From Coleofasciculus sp. B1-GNL1-01 (lineage in GTDB: Bacteria; Cyanobacteriota; Cyanobacteriia; Cyanobacteriales; Coleofasciculaceae): 33,407 bases of DNA. The notes beneath the pieces are model-generated. The model was not told the origin of the DNA and did no database searches. It was given only the letters and a program-made list of their open reading frames with translations. This document shows, piece by piece, positions 1 to 10,209 of the stretch (positions are counted from its first letter, which is position 1; the number at the start of each line of letters is the position of its first letter). Both the position numbers and the translations under genes were made by a program. The stretch lies in the NCBI GenBank assembly GCA_040220235.1, contig JAVJTO010000147.1, one strand, 5' to 3'.

Positions 1-150
1 TGACTACAATTGTCTCACAGATTTTTCCCCAAGACTATTAAGAAAATCTTAAATATACATGGGTACGATTTGAGGGGGCTAAATTGCTAAAATGCTTATG
101 CAGTAGGGGTTCAGTCCCCTGTAGTACATCTGGACGGGGGGGAACTTCAG

Positions 151-240
151 TTTAGAGGATAGCTTTTATCCGGGTTAACCGAGAGAGTTGATCAATGAAT
201 TGGAGAGATAAACCGACTCCTAATTATAATTACCGTAGGT
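151..240 (+). pseudogene. Degenerate copy of the 3' end and downstream flank of the DUF29 gene
   Basis: tttagaggatagcttttatccggg...taattaccgtaggt aligns without gaps to 5471-5560. It has TAA where the intact gene has GAA. Confidence 0.75.
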
Positions 241-265
241 GGGGAAAACGCAAGGAAACCCAACA
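235..265 (+). repeat. GTAG-type REP-like palindrome 3' of the RAYT gene
   Basis: gtaggtggggaaaacgcaaggaaacccaaca is nearly the reverse complement of 4903-4935. Confidence 0.8.
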
Positions 266-266
266 T

Positions 267-809
267 CTACTCCCGTCCCACATCAACGCCAAATTTTACC
301 GCTTCCTCTGCACCCCAATCCGCCGCATAAATACCATCTCTAACATAATAGTGAAAACTTGAATACGCCCAATCTTTTGGTGCTTTTACTAAACGGTGAT
401 GAACAGGGTTGTAATGAATATATTCAACATGATGAAGAAAATCCGTTTCATCTCGGATTTGATGCTCCCAAAATCGACGTTGCCATACAGCTTGTTCTCC
501 CTTACTCAACCGGGATAACGAACATTGCTGCTTATAGGAGTCTAGGCAAAGACGAGTAAATTCACTTTTAATCAATCGCCAACGAGTAGAAAAATTAGCA
601 TCGTCTGGTGGTAATGTCCAAAGGGAATGAAGATGATCGGGGAGTACCACCATTGCATCAATGTTAAAGGGATGATTTTGTTTAACATGACGGAAGACTT
701 GACGCAGTAGTTCAACCGCTTCTGCGTGATGGAAAATTTTTTGACGCTGATAGGTGATGACAGTAAAAAAGTAGGTGACTCCAGGTGTCCTAGATCGACG
801 ATATCGCAT
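267..809 (-). CDS. rayT: REP-associated tyrosine transposase (RAYT, Y1/HUH, IS200/IS605 superfamily)
   Basis: Motifs GxTYFFT, HUH (LPDHLH), WQRRFWEHQIRDE, YIHYNPV and DWxYSS; flanked by GTAG palindromes. Confidence 0.92.
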   Translation of the reverse strand: MRYRRSRTPGVTYFFTVITYQRQKIFHHAEAVELLRQVFRHVKQNHPFNIDAMVVLPDHLHSLWTLPPDDANFSTRWRLIKSEFTRLCLDSYKQQCSLSRLSKGEQAVWQRRFWEHQIRDETDFLHHVEYIHYNPVHHRLVKAPKDWAYSSFHYYVRDGIYAADWGAEEAVKFGVDVGRE

Positions 810-865
810 GGTTCAGGATCTGAGACTTTTACTACAATATAAGATAATATGCCATCTTTGTAGCC

Positions 866-1042
866 ATCTTTGTAGGTTGGGTTGAGGAACGTAGGCGAAG
901 CCTTCTCGAAGAGTAACCCAACGCCCCAACGCCAGTTATCTTTGTAGGTTGGGTTGAGGAACGTAGGCGAAGCCTTCTCGAAGAGTAACCCAACACCAGT
1001 GGGCTAGTCTGTTGGGTTTCGCTGTCGCTCAACCCAACCTAC
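866..1042. repeat. REP cluster: two identical 57-bp direct repeats plus one inverted REP
   Basis: 866-922 = 938-994 (atctttgtaggttgggttgaggaacgtaggcgaagccttctcgaagagtaacccaac). Inverted copy gttgggtttc...aacccaacctac at 1011-1042. Confidence 0.9.
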
Positions 1043-3235
1043 TTGTACTATCAACGCTTGAAACCGCTGATCTTCCCGAATGCTGTCAAAATCTGAGTCA
1101 GTTTTAGCCATTTCTCGGTATTTGTCAGGATTCAACTTGATAGCTTGCTGCAAGTTCTCGATTACCAAGTCAACATTACCCTGCAAAGCATAACAGCGGG
1201 CTTTGCCGTACCAAGCATAGTGGTAGTCGGGTTTAAATTTTAGGGCTTTTTCATAACTGGCGATCGCTTCCTCATATCTTTTCAAATGATATAGCGCAAT
1301 ACCCCGTAAGCACCAGGTCTGATGATTATCAGGTTGAATTTCTAGGGCTTTGTTGTAGCTAGCGAGCGCTTCCTGATGTCTTCCAAAGTCATATAGCGCA
1401 TTACCTCGACTATACCAGGCATTGTGGTTATCAGGTTGGATTTCTAGAGCTTTTTCGTAGCTTGTGATCGCTTCCTCATATCTTTTCAAATGATATAGCG
1501 CAATACCCCGGGCGCACCAGGTATCCTGATGATCAGGTTGAATTTCTAGAGCTTTCTCGAAGCTAGTGAACGCCTCCTCAGATTTTCCTAAATTAGATAG
1601 CGCAATACCTCGATAATACCAGACATCGTGGTTGTCAGGTTTGATATCTAGGGCTTTTTCGTAGCTAGCGAGCGCTTTCTCATATCTTTTCAAGAAACAT
1701 AGCACCATACCCCGGAAAAACCAGGCATAATAATTGTCAGGTTGAATTTCTAGGGCTTTGTCGAAGCTAGTGATCACTTCCTCATATCTTTCCAGCAAAG
1801 ATAACGCATTACCCCGAAGATTCCAGGTATGATGATTGTTAGGTTGAATTTCTAGGGCTTTGTTGTAGCTAGCGAGCGCTTCCTCATATCTTCCCAAGTT
1901 ATCCAGTGCAAGACCTCGACACTTCCAAACATCGTGGTCATCGGCTTTAATTTTTAGGGCTTTGTCGTAGCTAGCGATTGCGCCCTCATATCTTGCCAGC
2001 AAAGATAACGCATTACCCCGAAGATACCAGGCATCATAATTATCAGGTTTCATTTCTAAGACTTTATCGCAGCTAGTGATCACTTCCTCATATCTTTCCA
2101 GCAAAGATAGCACAATGCCTCGCTTATACCAGGCATAATAATTGTAAGGTTTGATTTCTAGGGCGTTGTCGTAGCTAGCGAGCGCTTCCTCATATCTTTT
2201 CAAATCAGATAGCGTAATACCCCGAAAGTACCAGGCATCATAATTATCAGGTTGGATTTCTAAGGCTTTGTTGTAGCTGGCTAGAGCAGCTTCGTACCTT
2301 GCCAAATAAGATAACGTTATCCCCCGCATCCACCAAATGTAGGAATTTTTAGGTTCGAGTTCTAATAATTGGTCGAAGCTAGCCAATGCCTCCTGAAAAT
2401 CATTACCAATCAAAAAGATCAACCCCTGTAACATTATTGTACTAGGGTTTGGAGCGAGGTTTTTGTAACTATTTTCCAGATGGTATTGGAGTATTTTTTG
2501 GTAGTCTTTTAATGGCTTTTTAAATTCATTAATAGTCAAACAAAGACTAATTTGTGTAGTCAATAAAGCCGCTTTAATGTTGAATTCATGATTACTTGTT
2601 TTAATTATTTCTTGGATTTCAAATATTTTTTCTTTTCGTTCTGAGGTAGCCAGTCTTAAAATCTCTTCAGAGTTTATTTTAGAAATAATCCGGTTTACTT
2701 CTTGCTCAACTAAGTCTGAATTCGTCGGAAATTCCCACACTCCAGAACGCCAATCAAAAAAATCTGGAGCGCGACGGATAAAGTATTTAAGAGCGTACAA
2801 TGGCAGAAGAAAAACAAAACAAATCGGGAAATCATCGCGGAATCGTTCTCGCTGAAGGTTCAAATGACCTAAAATGCGAGGTACAGTGTCTTCCTTATAG
2901 TAGTCACCTTCTCCCCCAATCCCAGGCTTGATATAGTCCACCAACGATTTTTCAAGTCCCTTGATAAACAAAATATCAATCTTGTCTTTATTCGGGAGAT
3001 TGTCAATAATTTCGTAGAGATTATCAATAGGTTCGTCTAAGGATAAAACATCAACTGTTTTCTGGGGAATATCCTTTCGTACTCTGGCAATCAACCGTTC
3101 CCCTTGGGCGGGAGAACAGCGGACAAACAGCAAGCCAAATCCTCGGCGCCGCTTTAAGGCACGCCGTAGCGGTTGATAGTCTTCCCCTAAATCAAGAGGA
3201 AAATCATCAATAAAATTGGCTGGGATTGGCTTCAT
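1004..3235 (-). CDS. Tetratricopeptide repeat protein (about 12-13 TPRs) with an N-terminal degenerate P-loop-like domain
   Basis: 34-aa repeats RYEEAxASYxKALEIxPDxxxxWxxRGxxL. The N-terminus (LNLQRERF..., APDFFDWRS) is typical of partners of cyanobacterial ATPases. Confidence 0.9.
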   Translation of the reverse strand: MKPIPANFIDDFPLDLGEDYQPLRRALKRRRGFGLLFVRCSPAQGERLIARVRKDIPQKTVDVLSLDEPIDNLYEIIDNLPNKDKIDILFIKGLEKSLVDYIKPGIGGEGDYYKEDTVPRILGHLNLQRERFRDDFPICFVFLLPLYALKYFIRRAPDFFDWRSGVWEFPTNSDLVEQEVNRIISKINSEEILRLATSERKEKIFEIQEIIKTSNHEFNIKAALLTTQISLCLTINEFKKPLKDYQKILQYHLENSYKNLAPNPSTIMLQGLIFLIGNDFQEALASFDQLLELEPKNSYIWWMRGITLSYLARYEAALASYNKALEIQPDNYDAWYFRGITLSDLKRYEEALASYDNALEIKPYNYYAWYKRGIVLSLLERYEEVITSCDKVLEMKPDNYDAWYLRGNALSLLARYEGAIASYDKALKIKADDHDVWKCRGLALDNLGRYEEALASYNKALEIQPNNHHTWNLRGNALSLLERYEEVITSFDKALEIQPDNYYAWFFRGMVLCFLKRYEKALASYEKALDIKPDNHDVWYYRGIALSNLGKSEEAFTSFEKALEIQPDHQDTWCARGIALYHLKRYEEAITSYEKALEIQPDNHNAWYSRGNALYDFGRHQEALASYNKALEIQPDNHQTWCLRGIALYHLKRYEEAIASYEKALKFKPDYHYAWYGKARCYALQGNVDLVIENLQQAIKLNPDKYREMAKTDSDFDSIREDQRFQALIVQVGWVERQRNPTD

Positions 3236-3240
3236 CGGGA

Positions 3241-4584
3241 TTAGGCTGATTCTCCTTTCTTCATTGTATCAAGCGCCTCTCGAAATTCATCAATTTCTTT
3301 AATCAATGGGTGGGCATCATGCCAACGCTTGATTTCTCCCCTTTCATCGACATGGCGATATTCTAACAAACAGCGGTTAAATAATAAATTGCGATAATCA
3401 AGATCGTTAGGAATGCTTTTTGATGCCGAAACTTCGGCTAACTTCTGCCAGTCTTCTGCATCTACTGCATTACGATAGTTATTACGGGCTTTGGTAATCG
3501 CTCGTTGTACGGCATTGTTAGTAATGGGTAAATCATCTGTCCAGTCGAGTGCTGTTTGCATCAACTGCATTACTTCCCGCACATGACCCCCACTCGCCAA
3601 ACACAATCGCTCAATGGTTTCAGATTTATCAAAAATTTCGGTATCCAGGGACGCATCAGGGGCAAATTGACCGACTCGCTTACCTATCAGTTCTTTGAGT
3701 GTTTTTAATCCAGGTTTATAAACTGAGTCATCGGTATTTCGCACCATAATCATCGGTAAAACTTGGCAGTCTCCGTAGTTATCTCGCACTTGGGTGGCTC
3801 GATTCGAGTACACTAATGAAATGGGTACAGTATAGATAACATGACACTGTAACGCCCTGAGTTGTCCACATCGATCTAAAAATATCTCATCATGATTGCT
3901 GCGTCCATCAGCGCGAGTTACGGGTACAATTCGGTCGAGGTTGTCGGCGATTACAGCCAGTTTCGAGTCGGTTAATTGGGTCTTCGCTTCCGTGATAAAT
4001 TCATTTAAGGCATCAATTAGAGAAATTGAATGGATATCAACTTGCTTGCGGATGGTTTCTCGTGTACTGGGAACAGCTTTTAATGTTGCTGTTAGTTTAG
4101 CAAATTGGGAGATTGTCGTCTCTAAACTCACACTGTCCAGAGACACTTCGGTCAAGGCTAAATCCTTCAGAGATTGCCATCGCCCTTTCAACCACTCTTG
4201 CAAGGGTTGGGGACTCGCCAGATTTTTGAGTTCTTCCAAAATATGCCGGGTACAAGCGAGGAGAATATCAGTGTATTGGGCATCTTCCGAGTCAATATCT
4301 TCCTGATCTGCCGCAAAGTAAACGACAAAAAAACCTTTTTCTTCCAGATGCTTTTTGAGACGTTTGAGTTCCGTTGATTTACCTACCCCTCGATGTCCCG
4401 TGTAAAGTTGACAAGTGGGTTGTTTCGAGCGGATAATTTTCTTGCCCAACTCGCGAAAAATATTCTCATCTCCGCGTACTTGATGACAGTCCACATAAAC
4501 CGGATCATCGGGTTCTAACGGTTGAAATGGATCGAAGGCGTTGTAAATATTGGTAATTAACTCCTCGCTCACCAGCTTCCTCAC
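3241..4584 (-). CDS. P-loop ATPase (AAA/STAND-like ATP-binding protein)
   Basis: Walker A GHRGVGKS, Walker B AVIADNLD, SGGHVRE motif; GTG start; 5 bp upstream of the TPR gene. Confidence 0.88.
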   Translation of the reverse strand: MRKLVSEELITNIYNAFDPFQPLEPDDPVYVDCHQVRGDENIFRELGKKIIRSKQPTCQLYTGHRGVGKSTELKRLKKHLEEKGFFVVYFAADQEDIDSEDAQYTDILLACTRHILEELKNLASPQPLQEWLKGRWQSLKDLALTEVSLDSVSLETTISQFAKLTATLKAVPSTRETIRKQVDIHSISLIDALNEFITEAKTQLTDSKLAVIADNLDRIVPVTRADGRSNHDEIFLDRCGQLRALQCHVIYTVPISLVYSNRATQVRDNYGDCQVLPMIMVRNTDDSVYKPGLKTLKELIGKRVGQFAPDASLDTEIFDKSETIERLCLASGGHVREVMQLMQTALDWTDDLPITNNAVQRAITKARNNYRNAVDAEDWQKLAEVSASKSIPNDLDYRNLLFNRCLLEYRHVDERGEIKRWHDAHPLIKEIDEFREALDTMKKGESA

Positions 4585-4698
4585 TTATCGTTGCAGGGTA
4601 CTATCGTTGATCATAGCTTTTGGCTGTATGAGGTAAGACAACATTCTGCTAATTTACAGAAGTTTACAGGAGTTTGCAGGGGGTGCATGTCAACGTAA

Positions 4699-4935
4699 GT
4701 AGGTTGGGCTCTTGGAACGTAGGCTCTTGCCTTATGGTCAGAGTAACCCAACTCCCTTGGTTAACTTGAACATTTTATGCTGTCCCTGACATGCTTTTTT
4801 TGCAGGAGTTGCGATCGCGCCAGATTGATACACCTCAAGTTGAGAATGTGGTATACAGCTTTTCTGGGTGCAAGACGAGATGCCCCTAATAGGCTTGTCT
4901 ATGGTGTTGGGTTTCCTTGCGTTTTCCCAACCTAC
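4699..4935. repeat. Inverted pair of GTAGGTTGGG REP-like elements (REPIN-like)
   Basis: gtaggttggg...aacccaac at 4699-4752 and gttgggtttcc...cccaacctac at 4903-4935. Confidence 0.75.
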
Positions 4936-5889
4936 TTCACTAATCGAAGTTTGCAGGAGTTGCGATCGCGCCTACATAGAACAGTTCTACTACTATTATA
5001 GAGAGACGTTGAGGTGGGAAAATCGTGATGCCAGTGCCAGAAACGAATCAACAGACAGCAATACCTACACCCAACCTCTACGAAACCGATTTTTATGCTT
5101 GGACGCAGGAACAAGCATCGTTACTCCGCCAACAGCAGTGGAATCAGCTTGATTTGGGCAATCTGATTGAGGAGATTGAATCCTTGGGGAAACAGCAACG
5201 CCAGGAATTGCGAAATCGGTTGAGGGTGCTGATTGGACATTTGTTGAAATGGGAGTACCAACCGCAACGCCGGAGTCGGAGTTTACTGGCGACGATTCGC
5301 GTACAGCGCCGTGATGCGCTAGAGTTGCTCAAAGACAACCCAAGTCTAAAGCCTTACCTTGAGGATGCACTGGTTTTAGCTTACGAGAACGGTAGAGATC
5401 TGGCAATGGGAGAAACTGACTTGCCAGAACAAACCTTTCCCCAGACGTGTCCCTACAGTTTGGCGGAAATTTTAGAGGATAGCTTTTATCCGGGTGAACC
5501 GAGTGAGTTGGTAAATGAATGGGAGGGAGAAAACGAATCATAATAATAATTACTGTAGGTTTTGAAAACACCAGTCAATCCAACAGACCCCTCATTATAT
5601 AAATATAAGAGAGGAATTCTATGATTATAGATAGTGTTGAAATTAAAGGTTTTTGGGGAACGGAAAAAGCATCGGCTATTATTAACCAAATTGAAACAAA
5701 AAGCATTAAATGTTGCTAAAGAAACTGTGAAGCTACTTTAGCAAGATTCGGCACGTTGACTTGTTCTATTTTAAACCGACTTCACTAATTTACAGCCGTT
5801 TACAAGAGTTGCGATCACACCAGATTGATATAGCTGAAGTGGTGGAATGTGTTGTATAGGTTTTCTGGGCGCAAGCCTTGCGCCCCTAC
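4801..5889 (+). repeat. Imperfect direct repeats of about 88 bp (4801-4888 and 5801-5889) flanking DUF29
   Basis: gagttgcgatc(g/a)c(g/a)ccagattgata...ttttctggg(t/c)gcaag...gccccta occurs in both. Confidence 0.7.
5028..5543 (+). CDS. DUF29 family protein
   Basis: LYETDFYAWTQEQA, NLIEEIESLGK, HLLKWEYQP, NPSLK, FPxxCPY; ATG at 5028. Confidence 0.93.
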   Translation: MPVPETNQQTAIPTPNLYETDFYAWTQEQASLLRQQQWNQLDLGNLIEEIESLGKQQRQELRNRLRVLIGHLLKWEYQPQRRSRSLLATIRVQRRDALELLKDNPSLKPYLEDALVLAYENGRDLAMGETDLPEQTFPQTCPYSLAEILEDSFYPGEPSELVNEWEGENES

Positions 5890-5930
5890 AAGGTCACTAA
5901 ACGAATATTAGAATGGATTGAAACTCTTAT

Positions 5931-5988
5931 CCAGTCGTCTTTAGACGACTTGAGCTTTTAGCCTTGGGTTTAAACCCAAGGCGGTTTA
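5931..5988. repeat. Double-hairpin dispersed repeat (other copies 20451-20504 and 20622-20680)
   Basis: agtcgtctttagacgact followed by gccttgggtttaaacccaaggcgg. Confidence 0.8.
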
Positions 5989-6031
5989 ATTCAAATCCCT
6001 AATCTGGTGTCTTCTACCTATTGCAGCCCTC

Positions 6032-9000
6032 ATGAGTAAAGCCCAACCTATCACCTCCCCCTACAAAGTTGGGGGTCATCTCCCACTCAACGCCCCTAGC
6101 TATGTGGTGCGACAGGCGGATACGGAACTCTATCAGGGGTTGAAGGCGGGTGAGTTTTGTTATGTTCTTAATTCCCGCCAGATGGGTAAAACCAGTTTGC
6201 GGGTGCGGGTGATGCATAAACTGCAAGGGGAGGGTTTTGCTTGTGCGGCGATTGATTTGACTAAAATCGGTTCCCAGGATATCACCGCCGATCAGTGGTA
6301 TGCGGGGATGATGAGACGCTTGGTGACGAGTTTTCCGGCGCTGCGGGGGTTTAACTTAAGGGCGTGGCTACGCGATCGCGAATATCTACCCCCTATCCAA
6401 CGCTTGAGTGAGTTTATCGAACAAGTGCTGCTGGAGTCTATCCCCCAAAGGGTGGTCATTTTTATTGATGAAATTGATAGTATCCTCAGTTTAAACTTTC
6501 GCACCGATGATTTTTTTGCGGTGCTGCGGGCTTGTAATGAATATGATCGGCTGACGTTTGCTTTGTTTGGAGTGGCGACGCCAGCGGATTTAATTCAAGA
6601 TAAGAAACGGACGCCGTTTAATTTAGGTCGTGCGATTGAATTGCATGGGTTTAAGTTAGCTGAAGCCCAACCTTTAGCCGCTGGATTAGCTAATAAATCT
6701 AGCCAAGCCCAAAGGATTTTAGCCGCTATTTTAGACTGGACAGGGGGACAACCCTTTCTCACTCAAAAACTCTGTCATTTAATTATCAATAGCGACTCCT
6801 CCCCGACTCCTGGAAACGAAGAGGAATGGGTAGCACAGATTGTCCAACAGCGTATCCTGGAAAACTGGGAAGCCACCGATGAACCGCCTCATCTAAAAAC
6901 CATTCGCGATCGCCTGTTCCGAATTGGACAGCGAAATCGGGGACTCTTGGGGCTTTATCAGCAAATTTTACAACAGGGGGAGGTTCACGCCTGCGATAGT
7001 TCTGAACAACGGGAATTATGTTTATCTGGAGTGGCAATTAAGCAGGGGGGAAAACTGCGTGTCTGTAATCGTATCTATGCCGCCATTTTTAATTACAGTT
7101 GGGTGAACAAAGCTTTAGCCGATTTGCAGGCTAGCTTTGAGCAAATTGTTACTCAGCAAGAACAAAAACTGCTGTCCATGCTGAGTTTTATGGAAGGCAA
7201 GGATTTTGCCGATATCCTCCATGAAATTTTAGGCTCAGTTACCCTAAAAATGGGAGAAGCTTTGAGCGTGGATCGGACGACGATTATCTTTATTGATGAT
7301 CAGCAAAATCAGATTTGGTCGATTATTGCCCGGAATGAAGGGAAAACCTTTCCCGATATTCAAATCCTTACCAATAAAGAAACAGAAGCCCGATTGACCA
7401 ACTTTAAGAAATTTAGTGAGATTCCCTTTAACTTTCGCCAAGAGAACCCAGACACCATTCCCGATAAACTCAATCAAGCCAATGGCTATGCGATTTACAA
7501 TGAATTAGTTTATCCCATCGCCAATCAACAGCAGAACTTGATTGCGGTGATTCAACTAATCAATAAACTGAAACGGTTTAACAATCCCCAAGCGCCTCTA
7601 TCGGAACGCATTGACCAACAAGGGTTTACCCTCACCGATCAACGCCAGTTAGATGAATATGCGCCAACTATTTTACGCATTTTAGAGCGATGCCAATACT
7701 GTTATAAATTAACCCAACGGTTACAAGCCGCTGAAGCCCTCACCGAAGCTACACATTCTCTGTCTCACAGTAGTTTAAATTCCGAAGAAATCTTGGGACG
7801 AGTCATGGATGCGGCGAAGAAACTGATGAATGCCGATCGCAGTACCCTCTGGTTATTAGATGCAGATAAGCAGCAGTTGTGGACAAAGATTCCTTTTGAA
7901 GATGGTTCGGTGCGAGAACTGCGAGTCCATGTTGGGCAAGGGTTTGCCGGGAAAGTTGCCCAAACGCAAGAACCGTTAAATATTCCCTTTGATTTGTACG
8001 ATCATCCTGATTCAACCACCGCCAAAGAAACCGATCAAAAAACAGGTTATCGCACCTGTAGTTTACTCTGTATGCCTGTTTTTAGTCCCGATGGTGAACT
8101 CCTCGGTATCACCCAGTTAGTGAATAAACGCAAACCGGGGGAATTTCCTGATTATAACCCCGCCGATTGGCCCCAAGCGCCGGAATGTTTTCAGGCAAGT
8201 TTTGATGCTAATAGTCAAAAATATATGCAGATTTTTAACTCTCAGGCGGGGGTAGCGTTGCAAAATGCTCAGAAGTTTGAGCGCATAAAGCAAAAGGCGG
8301 ATAGTCACCAGCAAAATGTCGTCAGTCAAACCCTAGCGATGCTGAATACGGTGATGGATAATCAGGGGTTTGATGATATTCTGGATGGTACGTTGCGATC
8401 GATTACGTTGAAGACGGGTAAATCCTTATCTGCCGATCGCACGACGATTTTTTTACTCGATGAAGAAAAGAAGGAATTTTGGTCAATTGTTGCTGAAGAT
8501 GAGGGGAGTGGTTCCCTAGAAATTCGCATGAGTGCGGATAAAGGAATTGTTGGCGAAGTCGCCCGGTTCAAGCAAACGATTAATATTCCTTTTGACTTCT
8601 ATGATGATCCGCGATCGCAGATGGCAAAGGAACAGGATAAAAGAACCGGATATCGGACGTATACCATGTTAGCAATTCCTCTTTTAAATGACCAAGGGGA
8701 GTTAGTCGCTGTTGTTCAGTTACTCAACAAATTAAAGCGGGTAGCTAATCCTACAGCAGCTTTATCGGAACGCATCGATAAACAAGGATTTAGCCGCACC
8801 GATGAAGAACGATTTGCCGAAAATGCCCCTTTAATTCAAATGATTCTAGAAAGCTTCCGTTCCTATCATAAAACAGCACGCGGACAACGAGTCGCGGCGG
8901 CATTAATGGCAGCAGCCCGTTGTGTACAAGGTTCTCTAGAGATGGAAGATATTTTACAACGAGTGATGGGGGCGGCTAAACAACTATTAAATGCTGATCG

Positions 9001-9496
9001 TAGTACCTTATGGTTAGTTAACCGTTTAGCCGGGGAATTGTGGACAAAAATTCGCTTTGACGAGGGTGAACTCCGAGAATTGCGTATACCAATTGGACAA
9101 GGGTATGCGGGTCAAGTGGCGATGACGGGGGAACCGTTGAATATTCCCTTTGATTTGTATGATCATTTTAATTCGGAAACAGCAAAGCAAACGGATCAAA
9201 AGACAGGGTATCGTACTTGTAGTTTACTCTGTATGCCTGTCTTTAGTCCCGATGGAGATTTGCTGGGGGTGACACAATTAGTGAATAAGCGTAAACCGGG
9301 CGAGTTGTGGGAATTTGAGACTCATGGGTTTTCCCAAGCCGCCCCGGAGTATTTCCAAACCAGTTTTGATGACAGTGATCAGAAATACATGCAAATTTTC
9401 AATAATCAAGTTGGCGTTATCCTGCAAAATGCCGAACTTTTAGCCGCACTCAAGCGACAGGAAGAAAGTTTGCGAGGTAATGTAAGTGGACGGTAG
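6032..9496 (+). CDS. AAA-like (AAA_35/STAND-type) NTPase fused to four GAF domains
   Basis: [32 protein letters not shown] and [10 protein letters not shown]. Then four ADRxT...QLxNK...F..D GAF units resembling the tandem GAFs of CyaB adenylate cyclases and phosphodiesterases. Confidence 0.88.
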   Translation: MSKAQPITSPYKVGGHLPLNAPSYVVRQADTELYQGLKAGEFCYVLNSRQMGKTSLRVRVMHKLQGEGFACAAIDLTKIGSQDITADQWYAGMMRRLVTSFPALRGFNLRAWLRDREYLPPIQRLSEFIEQVLLESIPQRVVIFIDEIDSILSLNFRTDDFFAVLRACNEYDRLTFALFGVATPADLIQDKKRTPFNLGRAIELHGFKLAEAQPLAAGLANKSSQAQRILAAILDWTGGQPFLTQKLCHLIINSDSSPTPGNEEEWVAQIVQQRILENWEATDEPPHLKTIRDRLFRIGQRNRGLLGLYQQILQQGEVHACDSSEQRELCLSGVAIKQGGKLRVCNRIYAAIFNYSWVNKALADLQASFEQIVTQQEQKLLSMLSFMEGKDFADILHEILGSVTLKMGEALSVDRTTIIFIDDQQNQIWSIIARNEGKTFPDIQILTNKETEARLTNFKKFSEIPFNFRQENPDTIPDKLNQANGYAIYNELVYPIANQQQNLIAVIQLINKLKRFNNPQAPLSERIDQQGFTLTDQRQLDEYAPTILRILERCQYCYKLTQRLQAAEALTEATHSLSHSSLNSEEILGRVMDAAKKLMNADRSTLWLLDADKQQLWTKIPFEDGSVRELRVHVGQGFAGKVAQTQEPLNIPFDLYDHPDSTTAKETDQKTGYRTCSLLCMPVFSPDGELLGITQLVNKRKPGEFPDYNPADWPQAPECFQASFDANSQKYMQIFNSQAGVALQNAQKFERIKQKADSHQQNVVSQTLAMLNTVMDNQGFDDILDGTLRSITLKTGKSLSADRTTIFLLDEEKKEFWSIVAEDEGSGSLEIRMSADKGIVGEVARFKQTINIPFDFYDDPRSQMAKEQDKRTGYRTYTMLAIPLLNDQGELVAVVQLLNKLKRVANPTAALSERIDKQGFSRTDEERFAENAPLIQMILESFRSYHKTARGQRVAAALMAAARCVQGSLEMEDILQRVMGAAKQLLNADRSTLWLVNRLAGELWTKIRFDEGELRELRIPIGQGYAGQVAMTGEPLNIPFDLYDHFNSETAKQTDQKTGYRTCSLLCMPVFSPDGDLLGVTQLVNKRKPGELWEFETHGFSQAAPEYFQTSFDDSDQKYMQIFNNQVGVILQNAELLAALKRQEESLRGNVSGR

Positions 9497-9674
9497 GAAG
9501 ATGAGGGAGATGGGGGAGATGGGGAACAATGTAGAGACGTGCCATGGCACGTCTGGAAGATGGGGAAGATGAGAGAACTTTCCTTGTCTGTGTAATCAGT
9601 GTCAATAAGCTCTCACCTCCCTACCCCTATCTCTCCAATAAATCCGTGAAATCAGTGTTTTGACGAATGACAAC

Positions 9675-9893
9675 CTACCACCAAATCAAACGTCGAGGTG
9701 GAAAGCCTGACTCTTCCCACGAGTCTCCGGCTTCTTTCAAAACAGCATCCAAGTCAGCGACGGTAAACTCGTAACCATCAGTAGCCGCCAGTTCCACAAA
9801 CTCTTCCTTGGTTTTGAGGGCGTCGTATTTAGCTCGCAATTTTTTATCTTTTCCGCCTGCTTCGAGTAAATTGATCACATTGTCTTGAGACAT
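9675..9893 (-). CDS. Nif11-like leader peptide family protein
   Basis: MSQDNV..LL...DKKLRAK....T.EEFVELA...GYEFTVADL pattern; AGAGAGG ribosome-binding site upstream. Confidence 0.8.
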   Translation of the reverse strand: MSQDNVINLLEAGGKDKKLRAKYDALKTKEEFVELAATDGYEFTVADLDAVLKEAGDSWEESGFPPRRLIWW

Positions 9894-10026
9894 CGTTGCT
9901 AACCTCTCTTAGAAACCTGGGTAATACCAATTCGTCAGACATTACACTTGATCTACCCCACCCACCACCTCACCTGACTAAGGGAAGGTTAGGAGGCGTG
10001 ACTATTCTGCCAAAGAAATAGGATGA

Positions 10027-10092
10027 GATAGTTCAACTGATGAATAGTATCTCAGCCTCTCTTGTGGTTTTTTGTATTTAAATTATCTTTTT
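10027..10092 (-). promoter_or_regulatory. Putative promoter element, duplicated upstream of modBC (12457-12519)
   Basis: Both copies read GAT-N8-TAC-N24-TA(C/T)TAT on the minus strand and share gctgaga and gaactatc. Confidence 0.5.
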
Positions 10093-10209
10093 GAGACTAT
10101 TATTTTCTGAGAAATATTGCAATTTATTGCTATAAAATTAAACTTGTTTACAATCAATTACATTGAGGCAGAGTAATGCAAACAAGCGTCTCAAAAAATA
10201 ACCGAACCA

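Noticed and set aside
832..1032. 66-aa ORF with a duplicated peptide, or a mini-CRISPR
   Set aside because: It is the translation of two 57-bp REP copies separated by only 15 bp.
1150..2400. Diversity-generating retroelement acting on the TPR repeats
   Set aside because: No reverse transcriptase or non-coding template repeat in the window; all repeats are in-frame TPR units.
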